Positions 38,420-47,968 of a DNA stretch of 64,000 nucleotides are shown here, in pieces (the first letter of the stretch is position 1; every line of letters begins with the position of its first letter). The notes beneath the pieces were generated by a model. The model was not told the DNA's origin. It was given only the letters and a program-made list of their open reading frames with translations, and made no database searches. The stretch covers positions 10,195 through 74,194 of the forward strand of contig JAFWSS010000005.1 in the NCBI GenBank assembly GCA_017524385.1. Direction: 5' to 3'. Position numbers and translations under genes: made by a program. Source of the stretch: Prevotella sp. (lineage in GTDB: Bacteria; Bacteroidota; Bacteroidia; Bacteroidales; Bacteroidaceae).

Positions 38420-40993
38420 ATGAGAAAAACCATCTACCCACTGCTCATCGCCTTGATGACATCCATGGGCGTCACTGCACAGACCCATCCATACCAAGAC
38501 CCCAGTCTGCCAGCAGAAGTACGGGCACGCGACCTTTGCTCACGCCTCACACTTGAGGAGAAGGCAAGCCTGATGAAAAATGCCTCACCGGCCATCGAGC
38601 GCTTTGGCATACCCCAATTCGACTGGTGGAGCGAAGCTTTGCATGGAATAGCCAGAAACGGTTTCGCCACTGTCTTCCCTGCCACCATCGGCATGGCTGC
38701 TTCATTTGACGACGAATTGTTGCTCAAAGTGTTTGACGCCGCCAGCGACGAGGCTCGTGCAAAAGCTAACACCGCCCGGCACTCCGGCATCATCAAGCGC
38801 TACCAAAGCCTGTCGTTCTGGACACCCAACATCAACATCTTCCGTGACCCCAGATGGGGAAGAGGGCAAGAGACTTATGGAGAGGATCCCTACCTGACAG
38901 AGATGATGGGACTCGCCGTCGTAAGAGGCCTGCAAGGTGACGACAGCCATCGTTACAGAAAATTGCTTGCATGTGCCAAGCATTTCGCTGTGCATAGCGG
39001 ACCGGAATGGAACCGACACGAGTTCAATGTCGAGTCACTGCCTGAGCGAGACCTATGGGAGACCTACCTTCCCGCTTTCAAGGCTCTTGTACAAAAGGGC
39101 AATGTGGCGGAAGTGATGTGTGCCTACCAACGCATTGACGGAGAGCCCTGCTGCGGCAACACCCGCTACCTGCAACACATCCTCCGCGATGAATGGGGCT
39201 ACAAGGGAATTGTCACCAGCGACTGCGGAGCCATCGATGACTTCTGGCGACCTGGAAGGCATGGCGTATCATCCAATGCCCATGAGGCATCTGCAAAGGC
39301 CGTGCGCGCCGGCACTGATGTGGAATGTGGCAGCAACTATCGCACCTTGCCGGAAGCAGTGGAGAAGGGAGAAGTCACAGAAGCCGAAATAGATGTAAGC
39401 CTGATACGCTTGCTTACCGCACGTTTCGAACTTGGAGACTTTGACCCCGAGGAATTGGTGGACTGGCAGCAGATGGACGAAAGCTGCGTGGCTAGCAGGG
39501 AGCATAAAAGATTGGCACTTGAAATGGCGCGAGAGACGATGACGCTGCTGCAAAACCATGACAACGCCCTACCCCTTTCACGCAACGAACGCATCATGGT
39601 GATGGGGCCCAACGCCAACGACTCTGTCATGCAATGGGCCAACTATTCCGGCTACCCTACATCCACAACCACCATCCTTCAAGGCATCAGGAAAAAACTG
39701 GGTCGAGAGGTAAAATACTACCCCGCTTGCGGACTTGTCAAGAACGAGGTCCAAACAAGCCTCTTCAACGATATCGTCACCCCTGAAGGATTGAAAGGCA
39801 TTCGCGCCACATATTACAACAACATGGGCTTCGAAGGCACACCTGCCGCCGTAACCACCTTGGCCGAACCCATCAATCTCAACAATGGCGGCAACACGGT
39901 GTTTGCCCCTGGCGTCAACCTTGAGCATTTCACCGCTCGGTTTGAAGGTGTCTTCATCCCAAAGGCAGACGGAGAACTGACCTTGACGGCCAAGTTCGAC
40001 GACGGGGTTCGCCTCATCATCGACAACGACACCCTGGTCAACGTGTGGCAAGGACGTTCCCGCATACAGGTCGCAGAGAAGCCTTTGACTGTGAAAGCCG
40101 GACAACAATATCATCTGCAACTCGATTACAAACAAGACACCGACATGGCTAACCTGCAATTTGACATCGTCAAGAAAGTCAAGCCTACAAAGGAAGAATT
40201 GTTGGCACAAGCCGAGGGGTTTGAGACGGTGGTCTTTGTCGGCGGTATCTCACCACGATTGGAAGGAGAAGAGATGAGGGTGGATGCGCCTGGCTTCAAA
40301 GGAGGCGACCGTACCGACATCCAGTTGCCGCAAGTGCAAAGAGACGTGATTGCCGCCTTGCATGACGCAGGGAAGAAAGTGGTGTTTGTCAACTGCTCTG
40401 GAAGCGCCATTGCACTTTTGCCAGAGACACAAACTGCCAATGCCATTCTACAAGCGTGGTATCCGGGAGAAGAGGGAGGCAACGCTGTGGCCGATGTGCT
40501 GTTCGGAGACTACAATCCAAGTGGCAAACTACCCATCACCTTCTACAAAAGCGTGGAAGACCTGCCCGACTTCCTGGATTATCGCATGGACAACCGCACC
40601 TACAGGTATTTCAAGGGAGAAGCGCTTTTCCCCTTCGGCCATGGCTTGAGTTACACCACATTCACCCTGTCAAAGCCCAGTTACAAGGATGGCAAGGTAA
40701 AACTGACAGTCAAGAACACAGGGACGAAAAGAGGATGCGAAACCGTTCAAGTATATATCAAGCGAATGGATGACAAGAGTGGTCTTATCAAGACTTTACG
40801 CGGATATGAAAAAGTGGAACTTTATCCAGGCGAGTCTCGCTTGGTGGAAGTGGACCTGCCACGCGAACGCTTTGAATCATGGGATGACGAAAGCAACACC
40901 ATGCGGGTGATTCCTGGCAGATACGAGGTCATGGTTGGCAATTCCAGTGCCGACAAGAACATGAAAACCATCATCGTGAAAATCAAGCCTTGA
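38420..40993 (+). CDS. xyl3A: GH3 beta-xylosidase with PA14 insertion and Fn3-like C-terminus (Xyl3A-like)
   Basis: Signal peptide; WWSEALHG, WTPNINIFRDPRWGRGQETYGEDP, KHFAVH, VTSDCGA nucleophile, LEGEE...GGDR, PFGHGLSY. Confidence 0.88.
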   Translation: MRKTIYPLLIALMTSMGVTAQTHPYQDPSLPAEVRARDLCSRLTLEEKASLMKNASPAIERFGIPQFDWWSEALHGIARNGFATVFPATIGMAASFDDELLLKVFDAASDEARAKANTARHSGIIKRYQSLSFWTPNINIFRDPRWGRGQETYGEDPYLTEMMGLAVVRGLQGDDSHRYRKLLACAKHFAVHSGPEWNRHEFNVESLPERDLWETYLPAFKALVQKGNVAEVMCAYQRIDGEPCCGNTRYLQHILRDEWGYKGIVTSDCGAIDDFWRPGRHGVSSNAHEASAKAVRAGTDVECGSNYRTLPEAVEKGEVTEAEIDVSLIRLLTARFELGDFDPEELVDWQQMDESCVASREHKRLALEMARETMTLLQNHDNALPLSRNERIMVMGPNANDSVMQWANYSGYPTSTTTILQGIRKKLGREVKYYPACGLVKNEVQTSLFNDIVTPEGLKGIRATYYNNMGFEGTPAAVTTLAEPINLNNGGNTVFAPGVNLEHFTARFEGVFIPKADGELTLTAKFDDGVRLIIDNDTLVNVWQGRSRIQVAEKPLTVKAGQQYHLQLDYKQDTDMANLQFDIVKKVKPTKEELLAQAEGFETVVFVGGISPRLEGEEMRVDAPGFKGGDRTDIQLPQVQRDVIAALHDAGKKVVFVNCSGSAIALLPETQTANAILQAWYPGEEGGNAVADVLFGDYNPSGKLPITFYKSVEDLPDFLDYRMDNRTYRYFKGEALFPFGHGLSYTTFTLSKPSYKDGKVKLTVKNTGTKRGCETVQVYIKRMDDKSGLIKTLRGYEKVELYPGESRLVEVDLPRERFESWDDESNTMRVIPGRYEVMVGNSSADKNMKTIIVKIKP

Positions 40994-41105
40994 TGGATGC
41001 CGGCAAGTGCTTTGCAGGCACATATGTAGAAAACGTATCACCATCATCACGAAAAAATGCGGTCAAAATCTTGCATCTTCAAATAAAAAAGCGTAATTTT
41101 GCATC

Positions 41106-42140
41106 ATGGAATTAAGAAGACATATTGAAATACTACTGTTGCGCAATGATTGCGTGATAGTTCCCAACCTTGGAGGATTCATAGCCCACCATCTACCCTC
41201 TCGTTTCGACGAGTCCGACCAAATGTTCATTCCACCTTTGCGAACACTGGGATTCAACGCAAAACTGACGATGAGCGACCCTTTGCTCGCGCAGTCGTAT
41301 ATGGAAACCTACGACCTCAGCTACCCGGAAGCAGTGAAAAGGATTGAGCACGAGGTAAGGCTGCTGAAAGAGAAGATGGAGAGAGATGGTAGTTATGAAT
41401 TTACCGACTTGGGGACGCTGAGAGTCAACTCCAAAGGAAGGTATGAGTTTGAACCTTGCCTGTCAGGCATCCTCTCCCCTTCACTTTATGGATTAGGGGC
41501 TTTTGAGATGCCTTTGCTCTCACTCAGCACCCCTCTGCGCCAGACTGCATCCTCTGCCGTCACGATGCCGCTCCATCCCGTTTCCAGCAACCATTCAACA
41601 CCAAGTTTAGCAACAGCCATGTCACATATTGACAAACCATCAACTCCTAACGAAGAAAAAAACATCAGCATCAAGGTGAGCCTCCTGCGCAACCTCGCAG
41701 TGACTGCAGTGGCCGCCATTGCGCTGGTGTTGTTCGTGCGTCCAGTTGCACCTGGAGAGGATGCCTCCTCCGCCTCGGAAGCCAGCATGCTTTCATTACC
41801 CACACAAAGCAAGGCAGTAGAATCGACTTCCTCAAAGGCTAGTATACTTCCAAGAATATACGACCTGGCAAAGCAGATTGAAGAGAGCAAGATCTCTGCA
41901 ACCATGCCATCCGTGGGAAACTACACCATCGTGTTGGGTTGCAACATCCCTTTGGAAAACGCGCAATACCTGATGTCTGAGATTCAGGCCAAAGGAATCA
42001 AGGGTGTCGTCTTGTTTGAATACCATTCCAACAACATGGTCGTCTTCGGTAATTACGAAAACCGTGAGAAGGCAGTGGAACAACTGCGAGAGTTCTCTTC
42101 CAACGGACTGACTGGTTGGATCATGGAAGTAAAGGAATAA
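41106..42140 (+). CDS. HU/CCDC81-like N-terminal domain + TM + SPOR-like protein
   Basis: HIEILLLRNDCVIVPNLGGF N-terminus, one TM, C-terminal YTIVLG...WI SPOR-like pattern. Confidence 0.78.
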   Translation: MELRRHIEILLLRNDCVIVPNLGGFIAHHLPSRFDESDQMFIPPLRTLGFNAKLTMSDPLLAQSYMETYDLSYPEAVKRIEHEVRLLKEKMERDGSYEFTDLGTLRVNSKGRYEFEPCLSGILSPSLYGLGAFEMPLLSLSTPLRQTASSAVTMPLHPVSSNHSTPSLATAMSHIDKPSTPNEEKNISIKVSLLRNLAVTAVAAIALVLFVRPVAPGEDASSASEASMLSLPTQSKAVESTSSKASILPRIYDLAKQIEESKISATMPSVGNYTIVLGCNIPLENAQYLMSEIQAKGIKGVVLFEYHSNNMVVFGNYENREKAVEQLREFSSNGLTGWIMEVKE

Positions 42141-42683
42141 ATGAAAAGAGTAAGATGCCCGAAATGTGACCAATACATCACATTCGACGAAACGAGATAC
42201 GCCAATGGCCAGTCGCTGGTGTTCGTATGCCCGAACTGCAACAAGCAGTTCGGCATTCGTATGGGGGTGTCTCGTCTGCGCAACCGCCAACGAGAAGAGA
42301 CCCTTGACGAGCAAGCCGACGAAGGCGGATGTGGTTCCATCGTCGTCATAGAAAACGTCTTTCATTTCAAGCAGGTCCTGCCATTGCGCATGGGAGACAA
42401 CACCATAGGACGTTATATGAAAGGTAGCAAGACGAACACCCCCATAGAGACGGTTGACCCCAGCGTAGACATGCTTCACTGCGTCATCAATGTCTCTCGT
42501 GGCAAAGACGGCAAGTTGCGTTACGTTCTACGAGACGGACCAAGCAACACCGGCACTTTTGTAGACAACGAGTTGCTGGGCGACCGCGAGCAGCGCGTCA
42601 TAGAAGACGGAACACTGTTCACCATCGGCGCGACCAGCATCATATTAAGAGCCAGTTCACAAGACAACGCCCCTTCAAAATGA
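42141..42683 (+). CDS. Zinc-ribbon + FHA-domain protein
   Basis: CPKC...CPNC zinc ribbon; NTIGR, H, LRDGPSNTGTFV FHA fold pattern. Confidence 0.82.
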   Translation: MKRVRCPKCDQYITFDETRYANGQSLVFVCPNCNKQFGIRMGVSRLRNRQREETLDEQADEGGCGSIVVIENVFHFKQVLPLRMGDNTIGRYMKGSKTNTPIETVDPSVDMLHCVINVSRGKDGKLRYVLRDGPSNTGTFVDNELLGDREQRVIEDGTLFTIGATSIILRASSQDNAPSK

Positions 42684-43435
42684 AACATATCAACACTCGT
42701 CGCTCCATCAGGAAATACAAGAGCGACGATATCGCCGACTCCCTTTTGAACCGACTGCTCAGCCAGGCATCGCGCACCCAGACCATGGGCAACCTGCAAC
42801 TGTACAGTGTCGTGGTGACTCGCAATGCAGAAATGAAAAAAAGGTTGGCTGTGGCACACTTCAACCAAGGAATGGTAACCGAAGCACCTGTGGTGCTTAC
42901 CATCTGTGCCGACTTCCGTCGCACCACAGACTGGTGCCTGCTACGGGATGCCAATCCCGGATATGACAATTTCCTATCATTCATCAATGCTGCCAGCGAT
43001 GCACTGCTGTTCACGCAAACGTTCTGCAACCTTGCCGAGGAGGAAGGACTGGGCTGCTGCTATCTCGGCACCACGGTCTACATGCCACAGACCATCATCG
43101 ACACGCTGCACCTTCCCCAACTTGTGATGCCTGTCGCTACAATCACCCTGGGATGGCCTGACGAAAACCCTCCACTCACCGACCGCCTCCCGTTGGACGC
43201 CTTCGTGCATCAGGAAACTTATGCAGACAACACACCGGAACGCATCAACCTGTTCTACGCAGAGAAGGAGCAATTGGAAGAGAACCAGCACTTCGTCAGC
43301 ATCAACAACAAAAAGACACTCGCACAAGTGTTCACCGACTGCCGATACACCAAGGCCGATAATGAAGCCATGTCGGCAGGGCTATTGGAAACATTGAAAA
43401 GACAAGGTTTCATTTCCAAGGAAACCACATTGTAG
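42680..43435 (+). CDS. Nitroreductase / NADPH-flavin oxidoreductase (NfsA-like)
   Basis: RRSIRKY, NLQLYSVV, AEEEGLGCCYLG, LGWP...RLP. Confidence 0.9.
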   Translation: MKHINTRRSIRKYKSDDIADSLLNRLLSQASRTQTMGNLQLYSVVVTRNAEMKKRLAVAHFNQGMVTEAPVVLTICADFRRTTDWCLLRDANPGYDNFLSFINAASDALLFTQTFCNLAEEEGLGCCYLGTTVYMPQTIIDTLHLPQLVMPVATITLGWPDENPPLTDRLPLDAFVHQETYADNTPERINLFYAEKEQLEENQHFVSINNKKTLAQVFTDCRYTKADNEAMSAGLLETLKRQGFISKETTL

Positions 43436-43464
43436 ACACCACCCCCTTTCTATAGGCCACCGCC

Positions 43465-44184
43465 ATGATCCATCTGAAAGACATCCACAAAACCTACCAA
43501 GGGGCACAACCGCTTCATGTGCTCAAAGGCATCAACTTGGACATCGGAAAGGGTGAATTCGTCTCCATCATGGGGGCGTCTGGTTCTGGAAAGTCCACTC
43601 TGCTCAACATCCTTGGCATTCTCGACAATTATGACAGCGGCGAATACATACTCAACGGTACGCTAATCAAGAACCTCTCTGAAAGACGCGCAGCAGAATA
43701 TCGCAACAGGATGATTGGATTCATCTTCCAATCATTCAACCTTATCGGTTTCAAGACTGCTGTTGAAAACGTGGAACTACCACTTTTCTACCAAGGCATG
43801 GGACGGCGCAAGCGTCACAAAATGGCTATGGAATACCTTGACAAGTTGGGACTTGCGGAATGGTCGCATCACTACCCCAACGAATTGTCGGGCGGACAGA
43901 AACAACGTGTGGCCATAGCAAGGGCGCTCATCACGCATCCCGACATCATCCTCGCCGACGAACCCACTGGAGCTCTCGATTCAAAGACGAGCGTGGAGGT
44001 GATGCAACTGCTCAAACGGCTGAACACCGACGAAGGAATGACCATCGTCGTGGTGACCCATGAAAGCGGCGTGGCCAACGAGACCAACAAGATTGTCCAC
44101 ATCAAGGATGGGATAATCGGCACCATAGAAGAGAACTTCGACCACAACTCCTCTCCTTTCGGCATCAACGGCAGGATGAAATAA
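43465..44184 (+). CDS. MacB/LolD-type ABC ATP-binding protein
   Basis: GASGSGKST, LSGGQKQRVAIARAL, LADEPTGALD, VTH. Confidence 0.95.
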   Translation: MIHLKDIHKTYQGAQPLHVLKGINLDIGKGEFVSIMGASGSGKSTLLNILGILDNYDSGEYILNGTLIKNLSERRAAEYRNRMIGFIFQSFNLIGFKTAVENVELPLFYQGMGRRKRHKMAMEYLDKLGLAEWSHHYPNELSGGQKQRVAIARALITHPDIILADEPTGALDSKTSVEVMQLLKRLNTDEGMTIVVVTHESGVANETNKIVHIKDGIIGTIEENFDHNSSPFGINGRMK

Positions 44185-44230
44185 AAATGCCCTTGATACA
44201 TATGCCATCTTTCCTAACGAGCAACGAGAC

Positions 44231-45490
44231 ATGAGAGACATCTTGACAGAAATATGGAGCACGGCTCGCCGCAACAAACTACGCACCGCTCTTACCGGTT
44301 TTGCTGTGGCTTGGGGAATCTTCATGCTCATCTTCCTGCTGGGATGTGGAAACGGCTTGATCAACGCTCAAAAGGAAAATATGAACCGCTTTCTCGACAA
44401 CTCCATGATGGTAGGTGGCGGAAGGACTTCAAAAGCGTATGACGGATTGTCTGAAGGGCGTCGCATCACGCTCAACGACAGAGACATCAAAACCACGGAA
44501 ACGGGATTCACCGAGCATATCGATGGCATTGGCGCCCAAGTGGAAAGAGACGGAGTCAATATCAGCCTTGATGACAATTATTTTAGCGGTTCTCTCTTGG
44601 GGGTGTATCCTAATGAGCAACAAATCAGCAAAGTGGAAATCTTGCATGGAAGGTTCATCAACCAAACCGACCTGGACATGCAGCGAAAGGTCCTCGTGTT
44701 GGACGACGAGCAGGCAAAAGAACTCCTACCCCGTAATTACAAAACATTGGTTGGAAAGTATGTGAAAGTCGGCAACCTTGCCTTCAAAGTGGTGGGAATC
44801 AGCAAAAGCGACAAGAGCCGGTTCAACAGTTCCGTACACGTACCGTTCACCACCTTGCGCACCATGTATAACCTAGGTGACATGGCTGAAACCATCGTTT
44901 TCACCTTCCATGGCTTGGAAACGGAATCTGCCAACGAAGACTTTGAGAAAAGCTACCAGAAACCATTGAACAGCAACCATAGAGCAGCCCCCGATGACGA
45001 GAGCGCCATATGGATATGGAACCGCTTCACGCAAAACATGCAAATGAACAAAGGCGTGTCCATCATACGCACCGCATTATGGGTGATAGGCATATTCACC
45101 CTGCTCAGTGGAGTGGTGGGAGTCAGCAACATCATGCTCATCACCGTGAAAGAACGTACGAAAGAGTTTGGTATCCGAAAGGCCATCGGCGCGACTCCTG
45201 GCTCTCTTCTTAGGCTCATCATCATCGAGAGTGTACTCATCACCACGTTTTTCGGTTACATCGGAATGGTGATTGGCATGGGGGCCAACTTATACATGGA
45301 CGCCACCGTGGGACACACAAAAGTGGACTCCGGAGTTTTCGAAGCCACCATGTTTGTCAATCCCACGGTTGGTTTCGATGTATGCGTGGAAGCTACTCTC
45401 GTCATGATCCTCGCAGGGACAATAGCAGGAATGATACCTGCACGCAAAGCTGCACGAACCCGGCCCATTGAAGCCTTACGAGCCGAATAA
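44231..45490 (+). CDS. MacB/FtsX-family ABC permease
   Basis: NKLRTALT, GVSNIMLITVKERTKEFGIRKAIGA, PARKAA..PIEALR. Confidence 0.93.
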   Translation: MRDILTEIWSTARRNKLRTALTGFAVAWGIFMLIFLLGCGNGLINAQKENMNRFLDNSMMVGGGRTSKAYDGLSEGRRITLNDRDIKTTETGFTEHIDGIGAQVERDGVNISLDDNYFSGSLLGVYPNEQQISKVEILHGRFINQTDLDMQRKVLVLDDEQAKELLPRNYKTLVGKYVKVGNLAFKVVGISKSDKSRFNSSVHVPFTTLRTMYNLGDMAETIVFTFHGLETESANEDFEKSYQKPLNSNHRAAPDDESAIWIWNRFTQNMQMNKGVSIIRTALWVIGIFTLLSGVVGVSNIMLITVKERTKEFGIRKAIGATPGSLLRLIIIESVLITTFFGYIGMVIGMGANLYMDATVGHTKVDSGVFEATMFVNPTVGFDVCVEATLVMILAGTIAGMIPARKAARTRPIEALRAE

Positions 45491-45508
45491 CCCTAAACGT
45501 GATGGAGA

Positions 45509-46750
45509 ATGAGAGCAGATCTTGACAGATACAGGGAAATCGCCGACACGTTGTCGCGCAACAAAAGCCGCACGTTTCTCACGGGGTTCGGCGTCTTCTG
45601 GGGGGTGTTCATGCTCGTGACATTGATGGGAGGCGGCCAGGGTATGAAAGAGCTGCTGAACAACAATTTCGAGGGGTTCGCCACCAATTCTGCACTGATA
45701 TGGGCACAACCCACCACCATGCCTCATGCCGGATTCCGCAAAGGGCGTACTTGGTGCATGTCATACAATGATGTAGAACGTCTTCAACAACAAGTGCATG
45801 AATTGGACGTCGTGACACCGATGGTTTCGAGATGGGGACAAACAGCCGTCTACGGTGACAAGAAATTTTCATGTACGCTTAAAGGCCTCACACCCGACTA
45901 TTGTGAAGTGGAAAAGCCAAAACTCCGATTCGGACGATACATCAACGATATGGACATGCAGCAGCGACGACCTGTTTGTGTCATTGGAAAGCATGTCTAC
46001 AAGGACTTGTTTCCAAAGGGAGGCAATCCTTGCGGCCAACGAATCCGCGTGGGGCAGAAATACTACAATGTGGTGGGTGTGGACTATAATTCAGGAAGCA
46101 TCAGCATCAATGGCAGCGCTGAAGATGCCGTCACCGTACCTTTGACATTGGCACAACAGGCCTACAACCTGGGGGACAGCGTGCATCTGATTTGCCTTAC
46201 GGCTATCCATGGGGTGACCATCACAAGCATCACGCCCAAGTTGCGTGAAGTCATCGCCAGGGCACATCAAGTGTCGCCGGAAGACGACAAAGCTGTCATG
46301 ATTTTCAACACCGAAGTGATGTTCGGCATGCTCGACAGTCTCTTTTCCGGAGTCAATTTCCTCATTTGGCTTGTGGGAATCGGCACACTGCTGGCTGGAG
46401 CCATTGGAGTGTCCAACATCATGATGGTGACTGTGAAGGAACGCACCACGGAAATAGGCATACGACGGGCCATAGGTGCTACGCCAAGGGACATACTCAC
46501 ACAAATCATCTCTGAAAGCGTTGTTCTTACGTCGATAGCAGGAATGGGTGGAATATTCTTCTCCGTCTTGATTCTTGAAATGATGGAATTGGCCAACACC
46601 ACCGACGGCATAGTAGAGGCGCATTTCCAAGTGGGGTTCTGGGCGGCCATCGGTTCTTTGTCCATGCTTGCCTTCCTAGGCGTACTGGCTGGGCTGGCTC
46701 CCGCCGCACGCGCCATGGCCATCAAGCCTGTGGATGCCATGAGAGAATGA
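45509..46750 (+). CDS. MacB/FtsX-family ABC permease (paralogue)
   Basis: NKSRTFLT, GVSNIMMVTVKERTTEIGIRRAIGA, KPVDAMR. Confidence 0.93.
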   Translation: MRADLDRYREIADTLSRNKSRTFLTGFGVFWGVFMLVTLMGGGQGMKELLNNNFEGFATNSALIWAQPTTMPHAGFRKGRTWCMSYNDVERLQQQVHELDVVTPMVSRWGQTAVYGDKKFSCTLKGLTPDYCEVEKPKLRFGRYINDMDMQQRRPVCVIGKHVYKDLFPKGGNPCGQRIRVGQKYYNVVGVDYNSGSISINGSAEDAVTVPLTLAQQAYNLGDSVHLICLTAIHGVTITSITPKLREVIARAHQVSPEDDKAVMIFNTEVMFGMLDSLFSGVNFLIWLVGIGTLLAGAIGVSNIMMVTVKERTTEIGIRRAIGATPRDILTQIISESVVLTSIAGMGGIFFSVLILEMMELANTTDGIVEAHFQVGFWAAIGSLSMLAFLGVLAGLAPAARAMAIKPVDAMRE

Positions 46751-46796
46751 CAAACAGTCAACAATAATATTTAAATTGCATAGCAACATATCGATT

Positions 46797-47903
46797 ATGA
46801 AAAAAATACTGAAAACGTTGTTTGCAGTCTTGGTACTGCTGGTTTTTGTGGGAACCTTCGTCTTTCTCTGGAAGAAATCGCAGCCACAACCAGATGTGTA
46901 TGAAGAAATCCATCCTGAAATGGGGAACATCAACAAGACCACCATTGTAACAGGTAAGATAGAACCTCGCAACGAAGTAAGCGTGAAACCCCAAATCTCA
47001 GGCATCATCACAGAACTGCTGAAAGAAGCTGGCGACCAGGTGGCTGCCGGAGAGGTGATTGCGAAAGTGAAGGTGATTCCCGACATGAACCAGTTGAGTT
47101 CTGCCGAGGCACGCGTACGCTTGGCTCGCATCAACGTGGAACAGGCAAAAACGGACTACGAACGTGAAAAAGTGCTTTACGAGAAAGGATTGGTCAGCAG
47201 GGAAGAATATGAGAAATCTTTGCAGACCTACAACCAATGCTCCGAAGAAGTCAAGGCGTCTGAGGACAACCTGGAAGTGGTGCGCGATGGAGTGTCGCGA
47301 AGCAATGCAAGCGCCAGCAGCACTTTGGTGAGAAGCACCGTCAGCGGAATCATACTCGACGTGCCTGTGAAAGTGGGAAATTCCGTCATCTTGAGCAACA
47401 CGTTCAATGATGGAACAACCATTGCCACCGTGGCCAACATGAACGACTTGATTTTCCGTGGCAACATTGACGAGACAGAAGTGGGACAACTCGTCACGGG
47501 AATGCCTATGAACATCACCATCGGAGCATTGCAAGACTTGAAATTCAGTGCCAATTTGGAATACATCTCTCCAAAAGCTGTCGAGAGCAATGGAGCCAAC
47601 CAGTTTGAAATCAAGGCGGCTGTCCATGTGCCGGGGGGAAATCGCATTCGCTCCGGATACAGTGCCAACGCCGAAATCGTTCTTTCCAGCGCCACCAACG
47701 TCATCACCTTGCCTGAGAGTGCGATTGAGTTTGAAGGGAACGACACCTACGTTTGGTTGGTGAAGGGTAGCGGCGAGGAAAAGACTTATGAGCGACGCTC
47801 GGTGAAAACAGGACAAAGCGATGGCTTGAAGATTGAAATCAAGAGCGGATTGACAACAAAAGACCTTGTACGTGGGCAAAAAGTGATTGAGGAGGAGGAA
47901 TAA
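46797..47903 (+). CDS. MacA-like periplasmic adaptor (membrane fusion protein)
   Basis: N-terminal anchor; TGKIEPRNEVSVKPQISGII, IDETEVG, GYSANAEI; ATG 46797. Confidence 0.92.
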   Translation: MKKILKTLFAVLVLLVFVGTFVFLWKKSQPQPDVYEEIHPEMGNINKTTIVTGKIEPRNEVSVKPQISGIITELLKEAGDQVAAGEVIAKVKVIPDMNQLSSAEARVRLARINVEQAKTDYEREKVLYEKGLVSREEYEKSLQTYNQCSEEVKASEDNLEVVRDGVSRSNASASSTLVRSTVSGIILDVPVKVGNSVILSNTFNDGTTIATVANMNDLIFRGNIDETEVGQLVTGMPMNITIGALQDLKFSANLEYISPKAVESNGANQFEIKAAVHVPGGNRIRSGYSANAEIVLSSATNVITLPESAIEFEGNDTYVWLVKGSGEEKTYERRSVKTGQSDGLKIEIKSGLTTKDLVRGQKVIEEEE

Positions 47904-47968
47904 TCGCCATCCCCTCTCCCAAAAAGGCCAGGAAGCCTAAAGCTTACTGGACCTAACTGGATAAAGCC

